Shown here: positions 38,514 through 47,985 of the stretch, piece after piece
How the letters are laid out: the number at the start of each line of letters is the position of its first letter
How positions within the stretch are numbered: the stretch's first letter is position 1
Origin: Bacteroidota bacterium
GTDB lineage: Bacteria > Bacteroidota > Bacteroidia > NS11-12g > UBA955
Assembly (NCBI GenBank): GCA_027621365.1
Contig: JAQCBH010000001.1
Span: 200,724 to 264,723, forward strand
Direction: 5' to 3'
Length of the DNA stretch: 64,000 nucleotides
Made by a program: the position numbers and the translations under genes
Notes under the pieces: model-generated
Told to the model about the DNA's origin: nothing
Seen by the model: the letters and a program-made list of their open reading frames with translations, nothing else
The model's database searches: none

Positions 38514-38711
38514 TTAATTAAAAAGTTTGTAGAACTGGGTCAATACAGTACCCAGACCAGAGTCCATACCCCAAATGATCAGTGCCAGGATGATTGATGC
38601 CACAATCACAATCCAGGTACTCTCACGGAGTTCAGCCCAAGTAGGCCAAGAAACCTTGTTTACCAACTCGTCCTTGGTCTCTTGAAAGTAATTTGATAGT
38701 CTACCAAACAT
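38514..38711 (-). CDS. secE: Preprotein translocase subunit SecE
   Basis: 65 aa with a single TM helix, sitting in the conserved position between tRNA-Trp and nusG. Confidence 0.85.
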   Translation of the reverse strand: MFGRLSNYFQETKDELVNKVSWPTWAELRESTWIVIVASIILALIIWGMDSGLGTVLTQFYKLFN

Positions 38712-38725
38712 CGCGCTTTTATTAG

Positions 38726-38796
38726 CACGGGCACAAGGATTCGAACCCTGATCAACGGTTTTGGAGACCGCTATTCTACCATTGAACTATGCCCGT
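38726..38796 (-). tRNA. tRNA-Trp (CCA)
   Basis: Read by hand from the minus strand: 5'-ACGGGCATAGTTCAATGGTAGAATAGCGGTCTCCAAAACCG...GGTTCGAATCC...TGCCCGTG. Acceptor stem ACGGGCA/TGCCCGT, anticodon loop CTCCAAA with CCA, T-loop GTTCGAATC. Confidence 0.9.
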
Positions 38797-38844
38797 AAGA
38801 AAGGAGAGGCGCGAAGCCCCTCCCCTCATATATAGCTTATGCTA

Positions 38845-40029
38845 TTATTCAATAATCTCAGTTACCTGACCAGCACCTACGGTACGACCACCCTCACGGA
38901 TAGCGAAACGCAAGTTCTTCTCCAAAGCGATAGGCTGAATCAGCTCTACAGTGATGGAGATGTTATCACCAGGCATAACCATTTCAGTACCCTCGGGCAA
39001 GGTGATTTCACCTGTTACGTCAGTGGTACGGAAATAGAACTGGGGACGGTACTTCTGGAAGAATGGAGTGTGACGTCCACCTTCTTCTTTGCTCAATACG
39101 TAAACCTCAGCTTTGAATTTCTTGTGAGGCTTAACAGAACCGGGCTTACAGATAACCATACCACGACGAATTTCCGTCTTGTCGATACCGCGGAGCAACA
39201 AACCAGCGTTGTCACCAGCTTCACCACGATCCAACAACTTACGGAACATCTCAACACCGGTACAAGTAGAAGTCAATTTGGCACCGAAGCCCAACAATTC
39301 TACAGGATCACCTACGTTGATCACACCGCGCTCGATACGACCGGTAGCTACAGTACCACGACCAGTGATGGAGAACACGTCCTCGATAGGCATCAAGAAA
39401 GGCTGATCAACCAAACGGGGAGGAACAGGAATCCACTCGTCAACGGCATTCATCAACTCCATGATGGTAGCAGACCACTTAGCATCACCGTTCAATCCAC
39501 CCAAGGCAGAACCACGGATGATGGGAGTGTTGTCAGAATCGAATTCATAGAAGTCCAACAATTCGCGGATTTCCATTTCAACCAAATCCAACAATTCAGG
39601 ATCGTCTACCATGTCAACTTTGTTCATGAATACTACCAAACGAGGTACACCAACCTGACGAGCCAACAAGATGTGTTCGCGAGTCTGAGGCATAGGACCA
39701 TCAGTTGAAGCTACTACCAAGATAGCACCGTCCATTTGAGCAGCACCTGTTACCATGTTCTTCACATAGTCAGCGTGACCTGGACAATCCACGTGAGCGT
39801 AGTGACGGTTAGCCGTCTGGTACTCAACGTGAGCTGTGTTGATGGTGATACCACGCTCTTTTTCCTCTGGAGCAGAGTCAATAGAGTCGAATGATTTTTT
39901 CTCTGAAAGACCAGCCTCGGCCAATACAGTAGTGATTGCCGCAGTCAAAGTGGTCTTACCGTGGTCAACGTGACCAATGGTACCAATGTTCAAGTGCGGC
40001 TTGGAACGGTCAAATGATTCTTTTGCCAT
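38845..40029 (-). CDS. tuf: Elongation factor Tu
   Basis: 394 aa with [18 protein letters not shown] and NKVD motifs. Confidence 0.98.
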   Translation of the reverse strand: MAKESFDRSKPHLNIGTIGHVDHGKTTLTAAITTVLAEAGLSEKKSFDSIDSAPEEKERGITINTAHVEYQTANRHYAHVDCPGHADYVKNMVTGAAQMDGAILVVASTDGPMPQTREHILLARQVGVPRLVVFMNKVDMVDDPELLDLVEMEIRELLDFYEFDSDNTPIIRGSALGGLNGDAKWSATIMELMNAVDEWIPVPPRLVDQPFLMPIEDVFSITGRGTVATGRIERGVINVGDPVELLGFGAKLTSTCTGVEMFRKLLDRGEAGDNAGLLLRGIDKTEIRRGMVICKPGSVKPHKKFKAEVYVLSKEEGGRHTPFFQKYRPQFYFRTTDVTGEITLPEGTEMVMPGDNISITVELIQPIALEKNLRFAIREGGRTVGAGQVTEIIE

Positions 40030-40056
40030 AATTGTGTGTGTTGTGTTTTTGTTTTT

Positions 40057-40129
40057 GAGCCAATGAGGGGAATTGAACCCCTGACCTTTTCCTTACCAAG
40101 GAAACGCTCTACCCCTGAGCTACATCGGC
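40057..40129 (-). tRNA. tRNA-Thr (GGT)
   Basis: Minus strand: GCCGATGTAGCTCAGGGGTAGAGCGTTTCCTTGGTAAGGAAAAGGTCAGGGGTTCAATTCCCCTCATTGGCT. The anticodon loop CTTGGTAAG carries GGT. Confidence 0.9.
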
Positions 40130-40173
40130 TGTCATGAATCAACGTGCGACAACATAACACCCGATGATTCATC

Positions 40174-40246
40174 GAGCGGGAGACGAGGCTCGAACCCGCG
40201 ACCTACAGCTTGGAAGGCTGTCGCTCTACCAACTGAGCTACTCCCG
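40174..40246 (-). tRNA. tRNA-Gly (TCC)
   Basis: Minus strand: GCGGGAGTAGCTCAGTTGGTAGAGCGACAGCCTTCCAAGCTGTAGGTCGCGGGTTCGAGCCTCGTCTCCCGCT. Anticodon TCC. Confidence 0.9.
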
Positions 40247-40267
40247 CAAAAAGTACGATAATGTGTA

Positions 40268-40350
40268 GTGGGGAAAGAAGGATTCGAACCTCCGAAGGCA
40301 TAAGCCAGCAGATTTACAGTCTGCCCCATTTGGCCACTCTGGTATTTCCC
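40268..40350 (-). tRNA. tRNA-Tyr (GTA), with a long variable arm
   Basis: Minus strand: GGGGAAATACCAGAGTGGCCAAATGGGGCAGACTGTAAATCTGC...GGTTCGAATCCTCCTTCTTTCCCCA. Anticodon GTA; 83 nt long, as expected for a type II tRNA. Confidence 0.9.
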
Positions 40351-40400
40351 CATTAGAATGCAATAAATTGACATTCAATGTGATACACTATCGTACACGG

Positions 40401-40473
<73 letters not shown>

Positions 40474-40527
40474 CTTGAGAAAGAACGTTCGAATGTCTCC
40501 CGAAGGCTACATTCCCAAAAAGGACTG

Positions 40528-40557
40528 CAAAAATACAGAAGTTGGGGACATAATCAA
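40528..40557 (-). promoter_or_regulatory. Putative promoter of the tRNA-tuf cluster (-33 TTG, -7 TATTTTTG)
   Basis: On the minus strand, TATTTTTG (complement of 40528-40535) matches TAnnTTTG. A TTG lies 19 nt upstream (complement of 40555-40557). The -7 box ends ~55 nt upstream of the tRNA-Thr(TGT) 5' end. Confidence 0.3.
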
Positions 40558-40632
40558 AGCCATTTTCATTTTTTTCATCAAATTCTCAAGCGGGTCTCCG
40601 AGGCCTCAAAATGCCTTTAAATTTGCCCGTTC

Positions 40633-41676
40633 ATGCGCCGCTTCAAAATCCCCTTGATCATTGCCGTTGGTTCTCTAGTGATTTTCGCACTATTGTGGAA
40701 AAACCAAAACCAAAGCAGCCCTTGGAACAGTGATTTGTTTCGCTTGAAAAAAGCCGAAAGCATCACAGCAATTTTATTGTCTTCCAATGATCCATCGAAA
40801 GGGTATGTCAAGTTCACGAAGAACTCCAAAGGTTGGACCGTCACAGATGGAACGCACTCCTATGCCGCCGATACCCAGAGCCTCAACGACCTCTTGTTTT
40901 GGGCCATGCCTCGACTGCAATTGAAAAATCCAGTACCGGATGCATCCAAAGAGAACATTACTCGAGAGCTCGCTCAAAGTGCAACCAAAGCGGTGTTCTA
41001 TTCCAATGACCAAGAGGTCCATACGGTCTACGTAGGCTCTCCTACCCCTACTCAAGAGTCTACCTATATGTATGCGCCTGACACGGAACGCCCATGCGTC
41101 ATAGAGATTCCAGGCTTCACCGGGTATCTCACTCCCTACTTTCATACCGACATTCAACAATGGAGGTCTGTTTACTTGATAGATGCCGAGGCTTCTGCGA
41201 TTCAAAGCTTGGAAGTCAACTACCCAAATGCACCCGATCAAAGCTTTGCCATTGTGCAAGACCCCATCCATTTCACAGCTGAATTGCGCCCCTCTTTAGA
41301 AGGCCCTGCGATCAAAAGCGCTCAAACCGGCTTATTGCTGGGATACCTTGAAATGAGCAAACGACTGAGCAGAGAAGCCGGCGAAAATGCGGGAATCAAC
41401 AGAAATGCCGAAGCTCAAAAAAACGTATTGAACGGCCCTGTTTTGGCTAAACTGACATACAAATTCACCGATGGAACATCGTCAACCATTACGTTGTATC
41501 CCATGCCCGTCGGCTCAGAAACCTATAGTCTAGACACACGAGAAGGTCGTCCCAAAATGAACGAAACCGACTTGTTTTGGGCCAGCCATTCAGACGAACC
41601 TGGTCGTTTGTGGGTCATTCAATCCTTGAACTTGCAAAACCGATTGAAGAAACGAAGCGACTTTTCGAAACCTTGA
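40633..41676 (+). CDS. Hypothetical N-terminally anchored protein (possibly DUF4340-like)
   Basis: 347 aa with a single N-terminal TM helix (IPLIIAVGSLVIFALLW). I recognise no catalytic motifs. Confidence 0.4.
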   Translation: MRRFKIPLIIAVGSLVIFALLWKNQNQSSPWNSDLFRLKKAESITAILLSSNDPSKGYVKFTKNSKGWTVTDGTHSYAADTQSLNDLLFWAMPRLQLKNPVPDASKENITRELAQSATKAVFYSNDQEVHTVYVGSPTPTQESTYMYAPDTERPCVIEIPGFTGYLTPYFHTDIQQWRSVYLIDAEASAIQSLEVNYPNAPDQSFAIVQDPIHFTAELRPSLEGPAIKSAQTGLLLGYLEMSKRLSREAGENAGINRNAEAQKNVLNGPVLAKLTYKFTDGTSSTITLYPMPVGSETYSLDTREGRPKMNETDLFWASHSDEPGRLWVIQSLNLQNRLKKRSDFSKP

Positions 41677-41677
41677 T

Positions 41678-42412
41678 ATGTCTATGACATTCACTCTCAT
41701 TGGCGCCTTCATCGGATTCGCCTCAAGCGGTATGCCTGGAGCGGTCGTCGGATTGTTGATCGGGATGTATGTCGATCATATGAGTCAATCGGAAGAAGAG
41801 TCCGAGCCGAGCAAACGTAGCTACAGGCAAGCACCCTCTTACGATTTCAGAAACAACCTGCTGATTCTCATTGCCGCCATCATGAAGGCAGATGGCGCCT
41901 TGTTAAAAAGCGAATTAGACTTGGTCAAACAGATGCTGGTTCGCACCTATGGAGAAGAAGAGGCCAAAATTCTTCTGCTCCGTTTGCGCGAATACACCAA
42001 GCAGACCCACAATCTACCTGAAGTCTGCAGAAACCTTCGTTTGCGAATGGGTTACTCCCAACGATTGGAAATCGTTCACGTATTGTTTCGCATCAGCCGT
42101 GCCGACGGCAACATCAGCCCATCTGAATTGCAGGTTCTGCAAACCGTTTCAGCCCAATTGGGAATCAGCACTCCCGATTTCCTGTCGCTTCGGGCCATGT
42201 TCGTCAGCAGTCCTGATTCTGATTACCAAATATTGGAGATCAAGCCTGAGGCAAGCGACGATGAAGTCAAAAAAGCCTATCGCAAAATGGCTATGCGTTT
42301 TCACCCTGATCGACTTGGAGACCTGAGCGATTCCGAGAAAAAACAAGCCGAGGAGAAATTCTTGCGCGTTCAAAAATCCTACGAAGCCATAAGAAAGAAG
42401 AGAGGTTTCTAA
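41678..42412 (+). CDS. DjlA-like co-chaperone (N-terminal TM, TerB-like domain, C-terminal J domain)
   Basis: The C-terminal J domain (DYQILEIKPEASDDEVKKAYRKMAMRFHPDRL) includes the HPD motif. N-terminal TM helix MTFTLIGAFIGFASSGMPGAVVGLLIG. The central region is TerB-like (LLILIAAIMKADGAL...SELQVL). Confidence 0.7.
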   Translation: MSMTFTLIGAFIGFASSGMPGAVVGLLIGMYVDHMSQSEEESEPSKRSYRQAPSYDFRNNLLILIAAIMKADGALLKSELDLVKQMLVRTYGEEEAKILLLRLREYTKQTHNLPEVCRNLRLRMGYSQRLEIVHVLFRISRADGNISPSELQVLQTVSAQLGISTPDFLSLRAMFVSSPDSDYQILEIKPEASDDEVKKAYRKMAMRFHPDRLGDLSDSEKKQAEEKFLRVQKSYEAIRKKRGF

Positions 42413-42413
42413 G

Positions 42414-43388
42414 ATGACAAAAGTTCACATCACCCTGTTCGCCGTCGCTCTGTTTTACGGCATCATGTTTTCCTTGGCTGGCGAAATCATGCCCACTTAT
42501 TTGAGCCCCGAAGGCTTTGTTTGGATGCGTATCGCCTTTGCCGCCCTCTGCTTCCACCTCATTTCGCTTTTTCTCCCCAGTGAGAAGGCCGACTGGGCGA
42601 CGCACAAATGGGATTTCTTGCTCTGTGGCTTTTTGGGCACGAGTGGCAACATGTACTTGTTCTTCAAAGGTCTCGAGTTGACACACCCGATCAATGGGGC
42701 GGTATTGATGCTTGTCACACCTTTGGCCGTCGCTATTCTGGACCACTTACGCATCAAGCAGCCCATGAGAAAGTCATTCCTTTTGGGCTTGGTTGCCGCG
42801 TGTTCGGGAGCCTTTTGGCTCATGAGCCTTTCCAATCAAGGATTTCAATTCAATGCGAGCACTTGGAAAGGAGATGCATTCGTTGCTATCAATGCTTTGC
42901 TCTACGCCTTTTATCTGGTGCGCGTCAAAAACCTCACGGCTCATTATGGAGCCAACACCATCAACCGCATCACCTTTGGACTTGGCTTTGTTTATATGAC
43001 ACTGTACTGCCTCATCATATGGTGGTTAACCGACTTGAGTATAACTACCAGAGGGGCGAGATCGGCCTTCTCCATCGCTTTCTTGGGTCCCGAAAGCCAA
43101 CAGATCCCAACCGCTATCTGGTTCAAAATTGCCTACACCTTGATCTTCGTCAGCTTCTTGGTTTACCTTTTAAATACGTATGCCGTAAAAAAAGCAGGAC
43201 CGACACTGGCTGGGATTTACATATACCTGCAACCCGTTCTGGCCGCGATCATCGCTTTGGCCTTAGGCCGAGACGAAATGAGCTTCGAAAAATCTATTTG
43301 CATGGCCTTGGTTTTGTTGGGCGTCTGGTTTGCGAAGGAAAATAGCCCATCTGTTTTATCGAATCGCGTATCTTCGTGCAACAATTGA
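42414..43388 (+). CDS. EamA/DMT-superfamily transporter
   Basis: Ten predicted TM helices arranged as two EamA repeats. The start overlaps the djlA-like stop by 1 nt. Confidence 0.8.
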   Translation: MTKVHITLFAVALFYGIMFSLAGEIMPTYLSPEGFVWMRIAFAALCFHLISLFLPSEKADWATHKWDFLLCGFLGTSGNMYLFFKGLELTHPINGAVLMLVTPLAVAILDHLRIKQPMRKSFLLGLVAACSGAFWLMSLSNQGFQFNASTWKGDAFVAINALLYAFYLVRVKNLTAHYGANTINRITFGLGFVYMTLYCLIIWWLTDLSITTRGARSAFSIAFLGPESQQIPTAIWFKIAYTLIFVSFLVYLLNTYAVKKAGPTLAGIYIYLQPVLAAIIALALGRDEMSFEKSICMALVLLGVWFAKENSPSVLSNRVSSCNN

Positions 43389-43390
43389 CC

Positions 43391-43717
43391 ATGCAAAGCG
43401 CCAAAGCCAATACCATTCTTCAAAGCATCATCGACGATGCAACCAAGAACGGCATCAATGCCGAATCTTACATTGCCCAATTGCAAGAAGCCCGTGAGCT
43501 TGCCCTGAAAGAGGAAGATCCCTTGTTGGCTCGTGCGTTGCGTTTGACTTGGCAACATTTGGAAGCCAATGGCAACTTCGGCATTGAATTGGCTGAAGAA
43601 ATCGAAAGCGAAGAAGAAAACTTCACTTATTTCTTGTCACTGTGTATCAAAAGTGACAACACCTACAACCGAGACGAATTGCGTGAAATGACCAATGCCC
43701 TTCAGGCTTTGGCGTAA
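43391..43717 (+). CDS. Hypothetical small cytoplasmic protein
   Basis: About 108 aa, helical and acidic. I know of no homologous family. Confidence 0.3.
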   Translation: MQSAKANTILQSIIDDATKNGINAESYIAQLQEARELALKEEDPLLARALRLTWQHLEANGNFGIELAEEIESEEENFTYFLSLCIKSDNTYNRDELREMTNALQALA

Positions 43718-43722
43718 AGAAA

Positions 43723-44019
43723 ATGAAACGTAGATTCGTCCATATTCTCATTTTGCTTTTCCTGGCCTTGCAATGGCCTCATATACACACGCATTCAAAA
43801 GGCCCTGTCCAAGATTGGCCTGAATCGCAGGAATCCTTAAACGAATCCTGTCAACAATGTGATTGGAGACAGACATCGTTTGATGTTCCCTCTGAACTGG
43901 TTGCTTATACCGTTTCAGAAGGTTGGCAACACAACATAACCTTAGCTCCTTATTCTTCTCCTGCCCTTTTGGGCTATGATTTCGGCCTTGAAAACAAGGG
44001 CCCCCCATTGGTTTTTTGA
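43723..44019 (+). CDS. Hypothetical small secreted protein
   Basis: 98 aa with signal peptide MKRRFVHILILLFLALQWPHIHTHS. It contains a CQQCDW pair of cysteines. Confidence 0.3.
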   Translation: MKRRFVHILILLFLALQWPHIHTHSKGPVQDWPESQESLNESCQQCDWRQTSFDVPSELVAYTVSEGWQHNITLAPYSSPALLGYDFGLENKGPPLVF

Positions 44020-44120
44020 ATAGAATCGGGATTCTCCTATCCCCATTGCTTTAGCTACCCTCCTGCCAATGCTGGACGGTACCCATTGTCCAAACTTCAT
44101 TCAAAAACCAACACCATAGA

Positions 44121-46289
44121 TTGAAATCAATCATTGTCTTATTGCCATTCATCTGCTGGCCAATACTTGGAACAGCACAGGCACAGTCATCCCCAAAATC
44201 ATGGGTAATCACTTTGCTAGATAGCAGCAACATTCCGCTACAGGGAGCCGAAATTTTCTTGGAATCTATACGGGTGCAATTGACGAGCAATTCCATGGGT
44301 CAAGCCATAAGCCCTCCCATGAATCCGGGCGACTACGAAGTTGAAATTCACGTGGAGCAGCAACTTGATTGGCACACAATTGTTCCCTTTGGCGCCCATT
44401 CTGATTCCGTCCTCATACGAACCCCACTGAGAGTGGCCGAAAAATTGCAAACCATCACACTGGATGCTCGGCCGCAGCAAAAACCCATTTATTCCGCCTG
44501 GGATTCCAAAAACAACAGCGAGAATTTCAGTGATTTATTGGCCAAAGGTCAGGCTGCATTTCAATCAGTAAAAACAGGCAATGGCATACAGATCCCCATG
44601 TCTCAGGGGTTTTGGGGAATGCGATTGCCTTTGCTTCAACAAGGTATCCGATTGGAAAATCTAAATTGGGGATTGGACCATTCGCCAGAGTTGGATGCCT
44701 GGAATTTCGACCGCGTAATGGTATACCGAGGAAGCCGTTCTACCATCAAGGCGACCGATGGGAATGGTGTTGTAGTTGAGACAAAATGGGGCCCAGCGCC
44801 TCATACCTGGCACCGCGATTACCAGCAAGTATGTCAAGTACAAGGCTTCAATGGTCAATGGCAAGCGGCCGGCAAACTCAATTGGAACCCGAGTGGCGAG
44901 TGGTCTCGAGCCCACCAATTTCATTGGAGTTTTCAACGAAGCGGGAACATATACACGCCAGTGGGCTGGATGCGTAATACAGGGCAATACGAAGGATCTC
45001 TCTCCTATTCAATGAGAACTCGCAATGTCCAACTCATGACCTCCGTGTACGATGCCAAAAACGGCATTTACGCCGGCTCTAGAATTGGGAACTTGAGCGA
45101 CTTACAGCGCAGCCTTTCAGGAGAAACGCCACCCTCTATCGGGCCCTTTTCCTACGCTTTGGCATTGCCTTACCAAAGGGTGCATCACGGTCGAGTCCAC
45201 CTGCAAATCCTATCTTCGAATCCCTTAGATCTATCCATTCAGACCAATTACCGCAAGGAATACGACTGGAATCGATCGGGTGACTTCCCTCAGTTAGAAA
45301 TTGCGTTGATCAGCCTTCAACAACAAAAGCAATGGAACCTCAACTCCATTCAATTGGGCTTGCACGCCACTGAGCAATGGCAGCGCTATGGTGGATTTTA
45401 CTTCATACCCGACTATGTTTCTGTGCAAAATGGGGCCAGTTTGCATTGGAAATCCAAATCAGTGGATCTGGCTTTACGGTATGACCTTCAGTATAGAACA
45501 ACGCTATATCCATTCCGGGATGAACGCCATTTTCATCTCCCAGCCATTGGAGTGTCTAAGCAGTGGAGAAAGATTCAATTTCATTACAACTTTAGCAGCC
45601 GAAGCCCCTCTATAGTCGAGTTGTATGCCCGCGGTGTTCATCACGGAGCAGCCTCTTACTTGCAAGGTCAGAACACGCTAAAAACAGAGCACACTCATAA
45701 AATTCAATGGCTCATCCAGAATGAATCGTTCGGTTGGCAAGTGTTTCTCATGCATTCGCCATCGTTCATTGATTTGTTTCCGATGAAGGACCCTGTGCTC
45801 ACTGTTCGAGGGGCTTTCCCGGGATTCGAATACCGGCAGCAATCGGCCGTATATGCAGGAATTGCTTCAGAAGCCACCTCTGTCACTTTAGCTGGGCCAT
45901 GGTCTTTGGACGTTAAGGCTCAACTCACCTGGGCCCGACTCATTGAACTTCAGAGATTCCCCAATTTATTGCCAAGCCCAAACGGTCAAATGACCCTGAT
46001 CTATAGGCAAGAGAAATTCACCCTACACACTGCGTTACTGGGGACCATGCGCCAACCCTTCTACACTCCCAATACAGATTTTGCTCCTCCTCCTGCTGGT
46101 TATTTGCGCTTGGATTTGAGTGTGGAATGGAAAGATAAATCCCATGCTAATTGGAAATTTTTCATTACCAATGCCTCCAATACTCTGTACTACGATTATC
46201 TCGATCGCTTCAGGTACTTCTTACCCGCACCTGGAATTAACATAGGCCTACGATGGCAACAAGGTTATCACCACCATTACAATCATTAA
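44121..46289 (+). CDS. TonB-dependent receptor-like outer-membrane beta-barrel protein with an N-terminal carboxypeptidase-regulatory-like domain and a His-rich C-terminal extension
   Basis: Signal peptide MKSIIVLLPFICWPILGTAQA, then a CarbopepD_reg-like beginning (ITLLDSSNIPLQGAEIFLES). The barrel-like sequence ends ...NASNTLYYDYLDRFRYFLPAPGINIGLRW, followed by an unusual tail QQGYHHHYNH. Confidence 0.55.
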   Translation: MKSIIVLLPFICWPILGTAQAQSSPKSWVITLLDSSNIPLQGAEIFLESIRVQLTSNSMGQAISPPMNPGDYEVEIHVEQQLDWHTIVPFGAHSDSVLIRTPLRVAEKLQTITLDARPQQKPIYSAWDSKNNSENFSDLLAKGQAAFQSVKTGNGIQIPMSQGFWGMRLPLLQQGIRLENLNWGLDHSPELDAWNFDRVMVYRGSRSTIKATDGNGVVVETKWGPAPHTWHRDYQQVCQVQGFNGQWQAAGKLNWNPSGEWSRAHQFHWSFQRSGNIYTPVGWMRNTGQYEGSLSYSMRTRNVQLMTSVYDAKNGIYAGSRIGNLSDLQRSLSGETPPSIGPFSYALALPYQRVHHGRVHLQILSSNPLDLSIQTNYRKEYDWNRSGDFPQLEIALISLQQQKQWNLNSIQLGLHATEQWQRYGGFYFIPDYVSVQNGASLHWKSKSVDLALRYDLQYRTTLYPFRDERHFHLPAIGVSKQWRKIQFHYNFSSRSPSIVELYARGVHHGAASYLQGQNTLKTEHTHKIQWLIQNESFGWQVFLMHSPSFIDLFPMKDPVLTVRGAFPGFEYRQQSAVYAGIASEATSVTLAGPWSLDVKAQLTWARLIELQRFPNLLPSPNGQMTLIYRQEKFTLHTALLGTMRQPFYTPNTDFAPPPAGYLRLDLSVEWKDKSHANWKFFITNASNTLYYDYLDRFRYFLPAPGINIGLRWQQGYHHHYNH

Positions 46290-46302
46290 TATCTCAAGAC
46301 AC

Positions 46303-46836
46303 ATGAAAAAACATTCATTTATTATCATCGCCGCGAGCACACTGTTGTTCGCCTCCTGTGAGCGTCACGAAGAAGGTGAACTCATCACAACAGTAGAATT
46401 CATCGTTTCCCATTCAGGTTCATCCACTCAAACTCAATTTGAAGATTTGGATGGCCCTGGAGGTCAGGATCCGAATTTCCCAGACACCCTAGTCCTGAAC
46501 ATTGGCCAATCACAGGCTGAACTGAAATTCTGGAACAAGAGTCTGTCATCCCCCATTTCCATTACAGATGAAATTCTCGAGGAAGCCGAAGATCATTTGG
46601 TTTGTTGGGATTGGATACCGGACCAACCTGATGACCAAGATTTGATGAACATTTCCCGGACTGACAAAGACCCCAAAGGATTGGAGCTCGGAATGAAAGC
46701 AGACTTAAATGTAAAAAGTGGGAGCAGCGGCACAGGCATTATTCGCTGTACGCTCAAACACCAACCGGGCATCAAGACAGGCTCTTGCGCCCTAGGAGAG
46801 ACCGATGTAGAAGTCAACTTCCCAGTGCGCTGGTAA
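46303..46836 (+). CDS. Hypothetical lipoprotein
   Basis: Lipobox LLFASC. About 160 aa mature, acidic, with four Cys in the C-terminal half. Confidence 0.45.
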   Translation: MKKHSFIIIAASTLLFASCERHEEGELITTVEFIVSHSGSSTQTQFEDLDGPGGQDPNFPDTLVLNIGQSQAELKFWNKSLSSPISITDEILEEAEDHLVCWDWIPDQPDDQDLMNISRTDKDPKGLELGMKADLNVKSGSSGTGIIRCTLKHQPGIKTGSCALGETDVEVNFPVRW

Positions 46837-46844
46837 CCCAAACG

Positions 46845-46872
46845 AAGGGGCTCACAAAGCCCCTTTATTTTT
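46845..46872 (+). terminator. Rho-independent terminator after the lipoprotein gene
   Basis: Stem AAGGGGC / GCCCCTT with loop tcacaaa, followed by TTTATTTTTG. Confidence 0.65.
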
Positions 46873-46887
46873 GTATTTTCGCCACCT

Positions 46888-47979
46888 ATGAGTGAGGCTT
46901 CATTGAAAAACACCGCGTTGACTTCCGTACATGAAGGATTGGGCGCAAAAATGGTTCCCTTCGCAGGTTACAACATGCCTGTTTTGTATACCAATTTGAT
47001 TCAGGAACACCAAGCGGTGCGCAACGCCATGGGCGTTTTTGATGTGAGCCACATGGGCGAAGTTTTCATCACGGGCCCCAAAGCCTATGATTTGATTCAG
47101 TTCATCACCAGCAACGACGTCTCTACCTTGTACGATGGCCGGGTGCAGTACTCTTGCATGCCCAATGACCAAGGGGGTATTGTCGACGATTTGTTGGTTT
47201 ACCGCTACAGCGCGGAGAAATACTTGTTGGTCATCAACGCCTCCAACATCGATAAAGATTTGGCTTGGATGCACAAGCAAAACGAAAATTTCGGCGCCGA
47301 TATTCGCAATGCCAGTGAGGAATACAGCTTGTTGGCCGTGCAAGGGCCTAAGGCGACTGAAGCCTTGCAAACCCTGACTAGTACCGATTTGGGCTCAATT
47401 GAATACTACCATTTCACCGATGGCCAAATGGCCGGCCTGGACTGCATCATTTCCTGCACGGGCTACACCGGTTCGGGTGGTTTTGAATTGTACGTCAAAA
47501 ACGCCGAAGCCGAAGCTTTATGGAATGCCGTCATGAAGGCTGGAGAGTCTTTTGGAATTCTCCCCTGCGGATTAGGCGCTCGAGACACCCTTCGTCTTGA
47601 AAAAGGATTTTGCCTGTATGGCAATGACATCAATGACGAAACCTCTCCCATCGAAGCGGGATTGGGATGGATTACCAAATTCAATCATCCGTTCATGATG
47701 AGCGACCATCATTTGGCCATCAAGGAGAACAAACCTACCCGCAAACTCGTCGGATTCGAATTAGTTGATCGCGGTATTCCCCGTCAACACTATCCCATTT
47801 GCAATGCAGAGGGCAGCGTGATTGGAGAAGTTACTTCCGGTACGCAAAGTCCTTCCTTGAACAAAGCCATTGGATTGGGCTATGTTCCCACTGAGTTGAG
47901 CAAAGCAGGTTCAGAAATTTACATCGAGGTTCGCGGCAAACTATTGAAGGCCGTCGTGACCAAGATTCCGTTTTTGTAA
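46888..47979 (+). CDS. gcvT: Glycine cleavage system aminomethyltransferase T
   Basis: 363 aa matching the GcvT family along its length (…FDVSHMGEVFITGP…). Confidence 0.95.
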   Translation: MSEASLKNTALTSVHEGLGAKMVPFAGYNMPVLYTNLIQEHQAVRNAMGVFDVSHMGEVFITGPKAYDLIQFITSNDVSTLYDGRVQYSCMPNDQGGIVDDLLVYRYSAEKYLLVINASNIDKDLAWMHKQNENFGADIRNASEEYSLLAVQGPKATEALQTLTSTDLGSIEYYHFTDGQMAGLDCIISCTGYTGSGGFELYVKNAEAEALWNAVMKAGESFGILPCGLGARDTLRLEKGFCLYGNDINDETSPIEAGLGWITKFNHPFMMSDHHLAIKENKPTRKLVGFELVDRGIPRQHYPICNAEGSVIGEVTSGTQSPSLNKAIGLGYVPTELSKAGSEIYIEVRGKLLKAVVTKIPFL

Positions 47980-47985
47980 GATCGG

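Noticed and set aside
39990-40374. Two minus-strand ORFs of 60 and 80 aa between tuf and the tRNA array
   Set aside because: They overlap the hand-verified tRNA-Thr(GGT), tRNA-Gly(TCC) and tRNA-Tyr(GTA) genes. tRNA stems commonly create spurious ORFs.
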